A DNA stretch of 63,638 nt, counting the filler, from Octopus bimaculoides (Eukaryota), in assembly GCF_001194135.2 (NCBI RefSeq). It is 4 parts of 4 records of this genome, joined end to end, with 100 filler letters (N's around TTAATTAATTAA, not from the genome) between each part and the next. Parts side by side here need not be neighbours in the genome. Positions count along the whole stretch, not along the records: positions 62,210 to 63,638 come from NC_068982.1; 3 more parts are not named here. One strand, written 5' to 3'. Shown here in pieces: positions 63,617 through 63,638 of this stretch (its first letter is position 1; each line of letters opens with the position of its first letter). A model generated the notes under the pieces. The model did no database searches. It was not told the origin of the DNA and worked only from the letters and a program-made list of their open reading frames with translations. Both the position numbers and the translations under genes were made by a program.

Positions 63617-63638
63617 CACTTGCATATATATATATATA

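Overview
AT-rich eukaryotic, repeat-dominated draft-assembly sequence with many N gaps. It is most likely cephalopod (Octopus); this is inferred from my recognition of the SINE families, not from a database search. I found no intact or recognisable host protein-coding gene, rRNA, tRNA or CRISPR array, so the window looks intronic or intergenic, and most ORFs in the track are artefacts of N runs and microsatellites. Supported content: (1) about 30 tRNA-derived SINE copies or fragments from about four families; (2) a degenerate mariner transposase and two mariner ends; (3) a 500-bp hAT deletion derivative with TIRs and an 8-bp TSD; (4) a CR1-group RT fragment; (5) a Penelope GIY-YIG fragment with an internal inversion; (6) Penelope-type termini with hammerhead-ribozyme-like motifs; (7) four remnants of R4/Dong-type RLE retrotransposons, three of them abutting (TAA)n or (GAA)n; (8) a ~360-bp fold-back element. 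The most interesting observations are the microsatellite-associated retrotransposons, the hammerhead motifs, nested inverted repeats that could form dsRNA, a 125-bp local copy inserted with flanking direct repeats, and tandem amplification of a SINE promoter head. I do not see evidence for a wholly new biological system. Repeat boundaries are approximate (about +/-10 bp) unless stated exactly, and protein-family assignments come from manual translation and recalled motifs.
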